Source: a virus. Taken from it: DNA of 64,000 nucleotides. Of the stretch, positions 47,802-55,340 are shown piece by piece. The stretch covers positions 11,956-75,955 of the IMG/VR virus record IMGVR_UViG_3300031911_000002; one strand, given 5' to 3'. The notes below the pieces were generated by a model. The model saw only the letters and a program-made list of their open reading frames with translations. It had not been told where the DNA came from and did not search any database. Numbering within the stretch: position 1 is the stretch's first letter; each line of letters begins with the position of its first letter. Position numbers and translations under genes: made by a program.

Positions 47802-48083
47802 TCAGACCCCGAAGCTCCTCAGGGCCATGTCCTCCTCCACGACACCGGACAGCTCCCGGACAAAGAACGCGAGCAGCGCCTTGTCCCGCAGGGACATCTT
47901 CCGGACGAGACGCACGGCCTTGTCCCGGTCGTCCGCGAGGACAGCGAGGAACACCTGCACCGCGCCGACGTCCTCGCGCGGGACGGCGAGGGTGTCCCCG
48001 GTGAGTGTCCCGCCGACGGGACTGAAGGGCGGGTAAGCGTCCTGGGGACGCCGGGGGATCTCCGGCTGACGGTTTTCGCTCAT
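47802..48083 (-). CDS. Hypothetical protein
   Basis: GACCAAGGAG leader. Confidence 0.6.
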   Translation of the reverse strand: MSENRQPEIPRRPQDAYPPFSPVGGTLTGDTLAVPREDVGAVQVFLAVLADDRDKAVRLVRKMSLRDKALLAFFVRELSGVVEEDMALRSFGV

Positions 48084-48120
48084 GATCTCTGCTCCTTGGT
48101 CTATTCGGTCCGGCGGATAC

Positions 48121-48288
48121 CTATACGGTTACCCGGAGTCGCTTTAGTTAAATCTACCGGTGCGTAGCGTAGCGGCGTCACGAGGTTGCCGTCTCCGCAA
48201 CGAACTGCGGACACCCTGTCTCCTCGGACACCCGGCCGGAGTTCGTTGTTCGGCCAGGTCGGATGGCAGATCGCTACCGGCCGGTAAG
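48121..48288 (+). repeat. 168-bp dispersed non-coding repeat, copy 3
   Basis: 10 mismatches to copy 2 by manual alignment, no indels. Confidence 0.95.
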
Positions 48289-48313
48289 AAGGGGCCGGTC
48301 GGCCGCCGTATAA

Positions 48314-48964
48314 CTACGCGCTCCGGCCCGCTGTGTGGGCGTGGTGCACGTGCCAGTACCACGTCGCCTCCGGCAGGTGCTCGAACGCGTCCTGAGGGGC
48401 GCGGAGACGCGTGGCGGAGTCGTCCAGGAGCCGGATCAGGTAGTCCTCGTCCTCTCCCCTGTACCGCCCGTCCACGGCGTACCCCGGCCGGAAGCCTCCG
48501 ATCCGGCGCACGCACTCGGTGCGGACCAGGTGCGTCATCGGGATGAACGATCCCCGGACCCTCAGGTGGGCCGCGTGCTCCGGCGTGAACCGCAGTCCCC
48601 ACGGCGAGACGGGGAACCGGCCCTGGTGGGTGACGGCGGTCGGATCGGTCCCTCCCACCATCTTCGGCACTGGGTAGACGAGGTCCGGCCGGGACGGCGA
48701 CTGCTCCAGCACCCGCATGCAGGCCATCAGGTGGTTGGGCTTGAGGGTGTCGTCGTCGTCCAGCCACGCGATCACGTCCGTGGTGACCCGCTCCAGGGCC
48801 CGGTTGCGGGCGGACCAGGCGCCTGTGCGCTCGCTGTCGCGCTCGACGACGATCTGGTCCGCCCGGCGGCGCTGGGCCCGCACGGACGTCAGGGCCCGGT
48901 CAAGCAGGGCCTCCCGTCCGGGAATGGTGGGGATGACGACGGCGACCGTGAGCCGCTGCTTCAC
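48314..48964 (-). CDS. Glycosyltransferase family 2
   Basis: VAVVIPTIPGR, ARNRAL, AWLDDDD, GEDEDY; paralogue of 41423-42022. Confidence 0.85.
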   Translation of the reverse strand: MKQRLTVAVVIPTIPGREALLDRALTSVRAQRRRADQIVVERDSERTGAWSARNRALERVTTDVIAWLDDDDTLKPNHLMACMRVLEQSPSRPDLVYPVPKMVGGTDPTAVTHQGRFPVSPWGLRFTPEHAAHLRVRGSFIPMTHLVRTECVRRIGGFRPGYAVDGRYRGEDEDYLIRLLDDSATRLRAPQDAFEHLPEATWYWHVHHAHTAGRSA

Positions 48965-49518
48965 GGGCACGACCGCACCTCCACCCCGTCCGCCGGGGGA
49001 GTCCACCGCATCGGGCCGGGCGGGGAGATGCGGCCGTAGCTGTACGGGTCGTCCGGGAACTCCGCACGGGTCTCCCGCATCAGCCGCTCCCGGTCTTCGT
49101 ACCGCCTCCGGGACAGGCCCAGACTCCGGGACAGTCTGGCGTGCTGAGCGACCTCGTCCGCCCCGAACGCCAGGAACGCGCGGACGTCCTCGGCGGGCAT
49201 CAGCCCCCGGTCGAACAGACGCTGTGCGGCCTCCAGGTCGTCCCCGTACAGCCGCTCCAGCCGGGTCAGGTCCGCCATCGTCGGCTCGTCGCCCCGGCCC
49301 CCGGCGACGCCGTCGAACGTCAGGCCCCAGCTCCGGGGGTCGTCCCCGTCGGGCACCCTGACACCCGCCAGCACCCGTCCGGTCTCGGCCAGGACGGGCG
49401 CCGCCTCTGCTGCGACACGGCCGATGTCCCTCCAGGACCCCCGGAGAGCCTCCGTCGCGGGACGGATGGTCTCCCTCAGGAGTTCCTGACGGTTTACTGT
49501 CCCCGGCTCCGGCGTCAC
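48961..49518 (-). CDS. Hypothetical protein
   Basis: GTGA overlaps at both ends. Confidence 0.55.
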   Translation of the reverse strand: MTPEPGTVNRQELLRETIRPATEALRGSWRDIGRVAAEAAPVLAETGRVLAGVRVPDGDDPRSWGLTFDGVAGGRGDEPTMADLTRLERLYGDDLEAAQRLFDRGLMPAEDVRAFLAFGADEVAQHARLSRSLGLSRRRYEDRERLMRETRAEFPDDPYSYGRISPPGPMRWTPPADGVEVRSCP

Positions 49519-49772
49519 GGGCACGGCTGGTCCACCTCCGCCGTCCACACCATCTCCGACGACCCCTCGGCCGCCGACGTGCACTTGCGGATCAGGCCAT
49601 CGTTGCGCAGACGGTTCAGGCTGAGCCAGACGCGGGACTTGTTCTCCCCGAGATCCTCGGCCAGGGCGTTGCGGGTCTGGGGGCCCTGTGCCCGCAGGCG
49701 CTCCAGGATCTTCCGGTCACGGTCGATCGTCTCCTGGGGGCGGGGACGCCCCCTGGGCCTCTGCTCGGACAT
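49515..49772 (-). CDS. Winged-HTH DNA-binding protein
   Basis: GPQTRNALAEDLG....VWLSLNRLRNDGLI; operator-like motif upstream. Confidence 0.7.
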   Translation of the reverse strand: MSEQRPRGRPRPQETIDRDRKILERLRAQGPQTRNALAEDLGENKSRVWLSLNRLRNDGLIRKCTSAAEGSSEMVWTAEVDQPCP

Positions 49773-49844
49773 GGTCTCTCCTCCGTGGTCGTGTCCGTCG
49801 ATTTACCTTAACCGGTGGTACCCGGTCTGGGGCCCCCTCACCCC

Positions 49845-50747
49845 TCAGGGTGCGTAGCGGTAACAGCTGATCCAGGTCGTGTCGATCACGACGCTGCTCC
49901 CCGGCGCCGCACCGGCCACGTACCCGAGAGCCGACTCGTTCTGGAGGATCCAGTCCGCCGACGAGGGGAAGTCGGCGTTGACGGTCTTGAACAGGCGGCC
50001 GTCGAAATAGAACCTGATCTTCCCCGGCACGATCTCCGTGGAGTAGGTGTGCCACGACGTCCACGCGCTGTTCGGCGCTGCCTGAGCGGAGCTGGACGCG
50101 AACCCGTGGGTGAACTCCATGACCGGGTCGGAGGCGAACGTGCTGCCCGCCTCCGGATAGTCGACCTCGTGCGGTGTGTAGCGCAGGTGCGCCATCTTGA
50201 AGCCTGGGGTGCGGGTGCGGACGACGAGCCGTTCGCTGAACTTCCCGTACCGCAGGTTCATGCACTTCAGAGGGACCGGGGCTGCGACCCGGTTGGAGCC
50301 CCCGGCCGCCGGGCGGTACATCCTCACCCGCATCTGGCCGTCACCGTTGGACTGCTTGACCACGCTCATCGTGTCCTGCGGTTGGTAGTACCCCGGCACA
50401 GGCCCGTTGTTGCCGTCGGCCCCGGAGGCGGCCGTGTCCGGCCAGCCGCTGGGGTACGCCCCCAGCGTGGAGTAGTACCGGGGGTACGCCGTCTTCAGCC
50501 CGGCACAGCGGTGGTCGCCGTCCCCGGCACAGGAGCTGAAGGCTCCGACGGGGACCTGCACGGCCCCGAAGTCTTCCGCGTACAGCTGTTTGAACGGGCC
50601 GCAGTCCCCTCGGGGCGTGTTGTTGTCCGTGACGTGGCAGGCGTCCTCGGACGGGAACGTGTCGGCCGCCGGGGCCGGGGCCGCCAGCGCACAGACGAGG
50701 GCCCCGGCCGCCGCACCGGCAGCCAGGGCCCTGTTTCGGATCTTCAT
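49845..50747 (-). CDS. Secreted GH16-like glycoside hydrolase
   Basis: Signal peptide; YGKF, EVDYPE (ExDxxE), WHTY..E..PG.IRFYFDG. Confidence 0.75.
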   Translation of the reverse strand: MKIRNRALAAGAAAGALVCALAAPAPAADTFPSEDACHVTDNNTPRGDCGPFKQLYAEDFGAVQVPVGAFSSCAGDGDHRCAGLKTAYPRYYSTLGAYPSGWPDTAASGADGNNGPVPGYYQPQDTMSVVKQSNGDGQMRVRMYRPAAGGSNRVAAPVPLKCMNLRYGKFSERLVVRTRTPGFKMAHLRYTPHEVDYPEAGSTFASDPVMEFTHGFASSSAQAAPNSAWTSWHTYSTEIVPGKIRFYFDGRLFKTVNADFPSSADWILQNESALGYVAGAAPGSSVVIDTTWISCYRYAP

Positions 50748-50799
50748 GGTCTTCCCTCGGTCGTCGAGATGGTCTGACGCGAGGGTAACCCGGACGTGC

Positions 50800-51060
50800 T
50801 CACGCCTCCCGGTGCAGGTAGAGGTGGATCAAGGAGTCCATCTCCGTCTGCTCCGCGTCGCTGAGGACACGGAATTCCTGCTCCGCGATCAGCTCCTTGA
50901 GCCGCTCCCGGCGCGTGGCCACGAGGTTGTTCCGGCGCGAGGCGTGGTCCAGTCCCGGCCCCGGCTGGCACTCCGGGCAGCCGCACCCCGGCTCCGTGGC
51001 ACCTCGTGGGCGGCACCCACAGCCGCAGTGCGGGGACAGGAGCACGGCCTGCTCAGCCAC
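50800..51060 (-). CDS. Hypothetical Cys-rich protein
   Basis: CGCGC...CGCPEC; coupled ORF. Confidence 0.5.
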   Translation of the reverse strand: MAEQAVLLSPHCGCGCRPRGATEPGCGCPECQPGPGLDHASRRNNLVATRRERLKELIAEQEFRVLSDAEQTEMDSLIHLYLHREA

Positions 51061-51244
51061 GACGTGCCTCCTTCGGGCCGATCGGACAGAACGCCTTGTC
51101 CCCCTTCACAGTCCATCCGTTCTTGCGTGCCTGCTGGAGAACGAACGTCCCGGACAGGTAGTGCACGGTTTCCCATTGGAGGGACGAGGGGCAACCGTAG
51201 GTGTCGCAGTGCAGCGTGGTCTTGTGGACCCGTTCGACGCTCAC
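51053..51244 (-). CDS. Hypothetical protein
   Basis: CDTYGC...ARKNGW...FCP. Confidence 0.55.
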   Translation of the reverse strand: MSVERVHKTTLHCDTYGCPSSLQWETVHYLSGTFVLQQARKNGWTVKGDKAFCPIGPKEARRG

Positions 51245-51411
51245 GACCCGATCACCCCCAGGTCGCTGAGGACCCACACGACGGCGAGGACGACGCAGAG
51301 CCAGCCCCAGAACCCCATCTGCCCGAACACGGTGCGCTGGCGCCGGTAGGGCTGCCGGGACGCCCGGCGGCGGGCGCTCGTCCCGCCGCAGTTGCGGCAC
51401 CGGCCGCTCAT
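51241..51411 (-). CDS. Small membrane protein
   Basis: MSGRCRNCG..., C-terminal TM segment. Confidence 0.5.
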   Translation of the reverse strand: MSGRCRNCGGTSARRRASRQPYRRQRTVFGQMGFWGWLCVVLAVVWVLSDLGVIGS

Positions 51412-51878
51412 GACCGGGTCACCGGACTGTTGATGTACGCGTCCCGCAGTCCGCTGCTGTAGGACGCGGCCTGCGCCAGTGCCCGCCGTGCGGGCATCGG
51501 CAGGTCCCGCCGACGGGTGCGCCGGTCCACGGTCATCAGGGACTCCGCCAGCTCGAACGCGGTCCCGACCGGGGTGACCCGGATCAGGTCCCGCTCGCCG
51601 GGGACGTCGGAGGCGCCGCAGTTGACGACGTAGAACCGGCCGGAGGTGTCCTGGAAGATCCGGATCTCGGTCCACCGGCAGGTGGAGCAGTGGACCCCCT
51701 GCGGAGCCGACTGCTCCTCGGGGTGCCCCTTGTGCTCCGGCCGGTGGCTGGACCCCATACCCAGGAACGTGCCGTCGATCGTGCTCAGGCGCCCGTCCCG
51801 GTCGACGATGTTCCAGACACCCTCCGTGCCCGCCTCGTCCTCCACGGGCAGTTCGTCGTACACAGGCTTGCCGGTCAT
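51408..51878 (-). CDS. Hypothetical protein (start may be 51938)
   Basis: CSTCRWTEIRIF; GACCAAGGGAG leader before ATG 51878. Confidence 0.6.
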   Translation of the reverse strand: MTGKPVYDELPVEDEAGTEGVWNIVDRDGRLSTIDGTFLGMGSSHRPEHKGHPEEQSAPQGVHCSTCRWTEIRIFQDTSGRFYVVNCGASDVPGERDLIRVTPVGTAFELAESLMTVDRRTRRRDLPMPARRALAQAASYSSGLRDAYINSPVTRS

Positions 51879-51934
51879 GGTCTCCACTCCCTTGGTCAGA
51901 TGATCCCCACAGGGGATGGTACCCAGCGGAGTGC

Positions 51935-52768
51935 TCATGACCGGGGCTCCAGGCCCCGGCTGCGGCGGCCGGAGTTGTAGACCTTGATCACGTAGCGGTA
52001 CGCGGCCTCCGTGCGGCTGACCCCCATCGTCGCCCGGTAGGCGAGGACGTTGGCCTTGAAGGTCTGCGGGGTGTCCGTGGAGGCCAGCTTGCGGGCGAAG
52101 CCGGGGACGTCCACGGCGGTGCCGTGCCGGTGGAACAGCAGTCCCAGCCCGTCCACGGCCTCGGCCGACGCGGCGTTGGGCCGATGCCCCCAGCTCCGCG
52201 CGATCAGGTCGAACGCCTTGTCCAGGGCGTCCATGCCCTCGGGGAGTTTGATGATCCGCTGTGCGGTCGAGATGGCGGTGAACCGGCGCTCCGCCCCGAT
52301 GTAGTCGTTCGCCTCGAACCCGTGGCGCTTGACCAGCTTGTCCAGCTCCACGGCCCACTCCTGCCCAGCCACGAGGGCGAGGCGGAACAGGTCCAGCTTG
52401 CGGACGGCGGCCCGGTCGTTGTGCTCCAGGAAGATCTCCGCCTCCTCGGCCCTCGTCAGACCGTGGAACACCTGGCACACGACCGGCATGGTGGTCGCCT
52501 CCGTGCCGGTGAACTTCCGCAGCGCCGCCAGACGGGTCTGTCCGTCCAGCACGACGTAACGGATCTCGTTCGTGTCCGACAGGACGGGCAGGGTGACGCG
52601 GGCGCTCACGATCAGCACCCCGAGGGCGCTCTCGTGGAAGTTCTCCGCGATCCGGGCCACGCGCCCCTCGTTGAGCCTGCGCTGGACACCGGGGTCCACG
52701 TCCAGCAGGTTGGCGGCCAGGGTCTCCACCGTGAACCGGCGGCCCTCGGCCTCTCCGGGAATCGTCAT
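51935..52768 (-). CDS. ParB/Srx-like (DUF6551-type) protein
   Basis: VDPGVQR, YVVLDGQTRLAA, EEAEIF..HN. Confidence 0.7.
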   Translation of the reverse strand: MTIPGEAEGRRFTVETLAANLLDVDPGVQRRLNEGRVARIAENFHESALGVLIVSARVTLPVLSDTNEIRYVVLDGQTRLAALRKFTGTEATTMPVVCQVFHGLTRAEEAEIFLEHNDRAAVRKLDLFRLALVAGQEWAVELDKLVKRHGFEANDYIGAERRFTAISTAQRIIKLPEGMDALDKAFDLIARSWGHRPNAASAEAVDGLGLLFHRHGTAVDVPGFARKLASTDTPQTFKANVLAYRATMGVSRTEAAYRYVIKVYNSGRRSRGLEPRS

Positions 52769-52860
52769 GATCCCACTTCCTTGGTCTGTGGTCGGGTGGT
52801 GTGTACTCCCACTGGGTACCCTTTAACTAAATCGGCGAAACCGCAGGAGAGGACCACGGA

Positions 52861-53463
52861 ATGAGGATCATGGGAGCGGACCTGAGCATCACCTGCACCG
52901 GCATCGGGCTGCCGGACCGGACCACGCTGGCGGTGATCCCGCCGAAGACAGTCACGGGGGACGACCGGCTGGAGTACATCGCGGACCATGTGGGCGTCGC
53001 CGCACGCACCTGCCGGGCGGAGCTGGTGGTGGTCGAGGATCTCACCGGTCTGTACAAGGGCGAGGCCGCGCGCACGATGCCGATGGTCCACGGGGCGATC
53101 CGGCTGGAGCTGAAGAGGAGCCGGATCCCGTACATGCTGCTCAACGCCTCCAGCCTCAAGAAGTTCGCCACCGGCAAGGGAGTCGCCGACAAGACGGCGA
53201 TGGCCCTGGCGGCGCTGAAGCGGCTGGGCCGGGAGTACCGCACCGACGACGAGTGCGACGCCGACTGGCTGCGGATCGCGGGCCGGTTCGTCTACGGCTA
53301 CGGGGAGCTGCTGGACGAGCCTCGCTCGACCGGAGGTCTGATGTACCTGGAGATGCCCCAGGAGCAGCTCAGGGCGCTGCGCTACGGGGTGCGGGGCAAG
53401 CCCGTCGAGTGGCCCGTGGTGGGGAACCACAGCCCGTGGCCGAAGCTGTCCCTGGGTGCGTAG
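52861..53463 (+). CDS. RuvC-like Holliday junction resolvase
   Basis: MGADLSITCTG, VVVED, LKKFATGKG.ADK, DDECDA. Confidence 0.8.
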   Translation: MRIMGADLSITCTGIGLPDRTTLAVIPPKTVTGDDRLEYIADHVGVAARTCRAELVVVEDLTGLYKGEAARTMPMVHGAIRLELKRSRIPYMLLNASSLKKFATGKGVADKTAMALAALKRLGREYRTDDECDADWLRIAGRFVYGYGELLDEPRSTGGLMYLEMPQEQLRALRYGVRGKPVEWPVVGNHSPWPKLSLGA

Positions 53464-53474
53464 GGCAAAGAGAA

Positions 53475-53507
53475 GCGCCCCACCCTCCGGGAAGAGGGGT
53501 GGGGCGC
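53475..53507. terminator. Hairpin between convergent genes
   Basis: AGCGCCCCACCCTC...GAGGGGTGGGGCGCT. Confidence 0.55.
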
Positions 53508-53566
53508 TCGGTCGACACCCTGACGGAGGGTGTCTCATCGGAGGCGGCGCAGACTGCGCCTCCGGG

Positions 53567-54010
53567 TCAGGCGGACGCGAACGGGTCGGCGGGCTGGCGC
53601 TTCTTGTCCGCGAGGTACTCGCGCGCAGCCTGCTTCAGCTCGTCGCTGGGCTCCGCCAGCTTCCACGGGGCGTTCTGCCCCTTCTTCTGGTTCGGGGTGT
53701 CCTTGATCAGACGGCCGAGGACCATCTTGGGGTGGCCGGTGGCCGGGTCGACGTCGTTGCGCTCGTTGTACTGCGCCATGCGCTTCATGGCGCCGATGAG
53801 CGTCATCGAGAAGATCCGGACCCCGTCAACCTTCTCCGGCCCGTCGGGGCCGAACACGACCACGTCGGAGTCGATCGCGTCTTTCTCGCCGTTGGTCGTC
53901 TTGACCGAGGGCAGGTACTCCAGCGGGGTGACCAGGATGTCCTGGTCCTCGAACTGCGCCAGCCCCTGGGCTGCGCCGGATCCGCTCTTGAACGGGTCGT
54001 CGTTGCTCAC
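53567..54010 (-). CDS. Hypothetical protein (possible ssDNA-binding protein)
   Basis: Downstream of the exonuclease; VLGRL...GQNAPWKL. Confidence 0.55.
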   Translation of the reverse strand: MSNDDPFKSGSGAAQGLAQFEDQDILVTPLEYLPSVKTTNGEKDAIDSDVVVFGPDGPEKVDGVRIFSMTLIGAMKRMAQYNERNDVDPATGHPKMVLGRLIKDTPNQKKGQNAPWKLAEPSDELKQAAREYLADKKRQPADPFASA

Positions 54011-54164
54011 TGTGCTCTCCTGTCGGTCGGACGATCGGTCGAACGGTGGGGTGAGGGGCGGTATCAGACCGTGGCCCGGAACCTTTACCGGGCCCGGTCA
54101 CCCGGTCCCGCCCCTCGTCGTGCACATCTGGACAGTACCCTGACCAGCGGTTTATCTAAACCCG

Positions 54165-55340
54165 CTACGCGCCCTGCTCGACGTGACTTTCCAGCTTGCG
54201 CTTCATCACGTCGATGAGCTGGTCCAGCTCACGCCGGGACACCTTGGCCGCCGTCGCGGCCTGGAACACGGCGGACGCCTCGCCCTTGTTGCGGACCGCC
54301 TGTGCGCGCTCCAGGAGCGTCGGGGGACGTGCGGCGACCTCCGCCCTGGGGGCGGCCGTCGCAGGCTCGGAGGCGGCAGCGGAGGGCTGCTGCCGGGTGG
54401 GTTCCGTCGCGAGGTCCGCGACCGTCAGCGGAGTGGCCAGCTTGCTCTCCTTGCGCCAGCTGCGGACCTGCCCGCACAGGACGCACGCCGCCCACCCGGC
54501 GGAGAGATCGACGGCGTACAGGGTCGCCAGGGGCGCCCCGGTCCGCTCCCGGTCCACCGGCAGGTGCGGGACCACGCCGACGTCTGTGCGCACCTGGATC
54601 TGCACGCCGGGCTGGTCCGGGTCCTGCGGCCGGGACCACGTCCTCGTCCCCCAGTCCCACACCCCGGAGGTGTTCAGCCCCTGCGCGTAGATGGCGAGCT
54701 GGATCGCGATCTCTTGCCAGCCGTAGCTCAGGTCCGCCCCGGTCTTGACGTCCCCGATGACGTACTCCCCGGCGTACAGGGTGACCGGACGGCCGTTGAG
54801 GTCGATGGTGATGTCCCGTGTCACCCGGTAGCAGCGGTCCGAGGTCCCCACGATCTCGAACTGGGTGACGGCCGTGGTGAATTCGATCAGCCCCGGCACC
54901 GGCTCCAGCCCGAAGTCGGCGAGCACCTGGGTGTAGGCGTCCACCGTGGGCCGGTGCTCCTCGGGGATGTCGATATCCTCGCCCCGGTCACGGTGCTCGG
55001 TGTAGCTGTGGACCGCCGTCCCGAGGTTCGCCGCAACCTTGTCCCCGGCCGCCTTCTTGGCGTCCTCCACCAGGCCGTTCATCTGGGCCCGGTCCTCCCG
55101 GACGTCCAGCGTCCGGGCGACGTCCACGATGTCGGAGCGCAGAGCGGCGCCCTTGAGCGTCATGCGCTGGGCCCACTGCGACAGGGCGAACGTGTCCTGC
55201 ACCGACTTGGCGAACGTGGTGGCCCGCGTCCACGCGACCTTCTTGGAGCTGGAGGGGTGCAGCAGCTTGTACCGGCCGAACCGGTCGTACTTGTCCGACT
55301 CGCTGACGGTCTGCTTCGGAGTGCTGAAGGCGTCAGTCAT
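54165..55340 (-). CDS. PD-(D/E)XK / Cas4-like exonuclease
   Basis: TRATT, GTAVH, GTSDR, IGDVKTG, QLAIYA; own GGAG RBS at ATG 55340. Confidence 0.8.
   Translation of the reverse strand: MTDAFSTPKQTVSESDKYDRFGRYKLLHPSSSKKVAWTRATTFAKSVQDTFALSQWAQRMTLKGAALRSDIVDVARTLDVREDRAQMNGLVEDAKKAAGDKVAANLGTAVHSYTEHRDRGEDIDIPEEHRPTVDAYTQVLADFGLEPVPGLIEFTTAVTQFEIVGTSDRCYRVTRDITIDLNGRPVTLYAGEYVIGDVKTGADLSYGWQEIAIQLAIYAQGLNTSGVWDWGTRTWSRPQDPDQPGVQIQVRTDVGVVPHLPVDRERTGAPLATLYAVDLSAGWAACVLCGQVRSWRKESKLATPLTVADLATEPTRQQPSAAASEPATAAPRAEVAARPPTLLERAQAVRNKGEASAVFQAATAAKVSRRELDQLIDVMKRKLESHVEQGA

Noticed and set aside
54165-55340. Cas4-like gene as part of a CRISPR system
   Set aside because: Stand-alone phage recombination exonuclease context beside helicase and resolvase.
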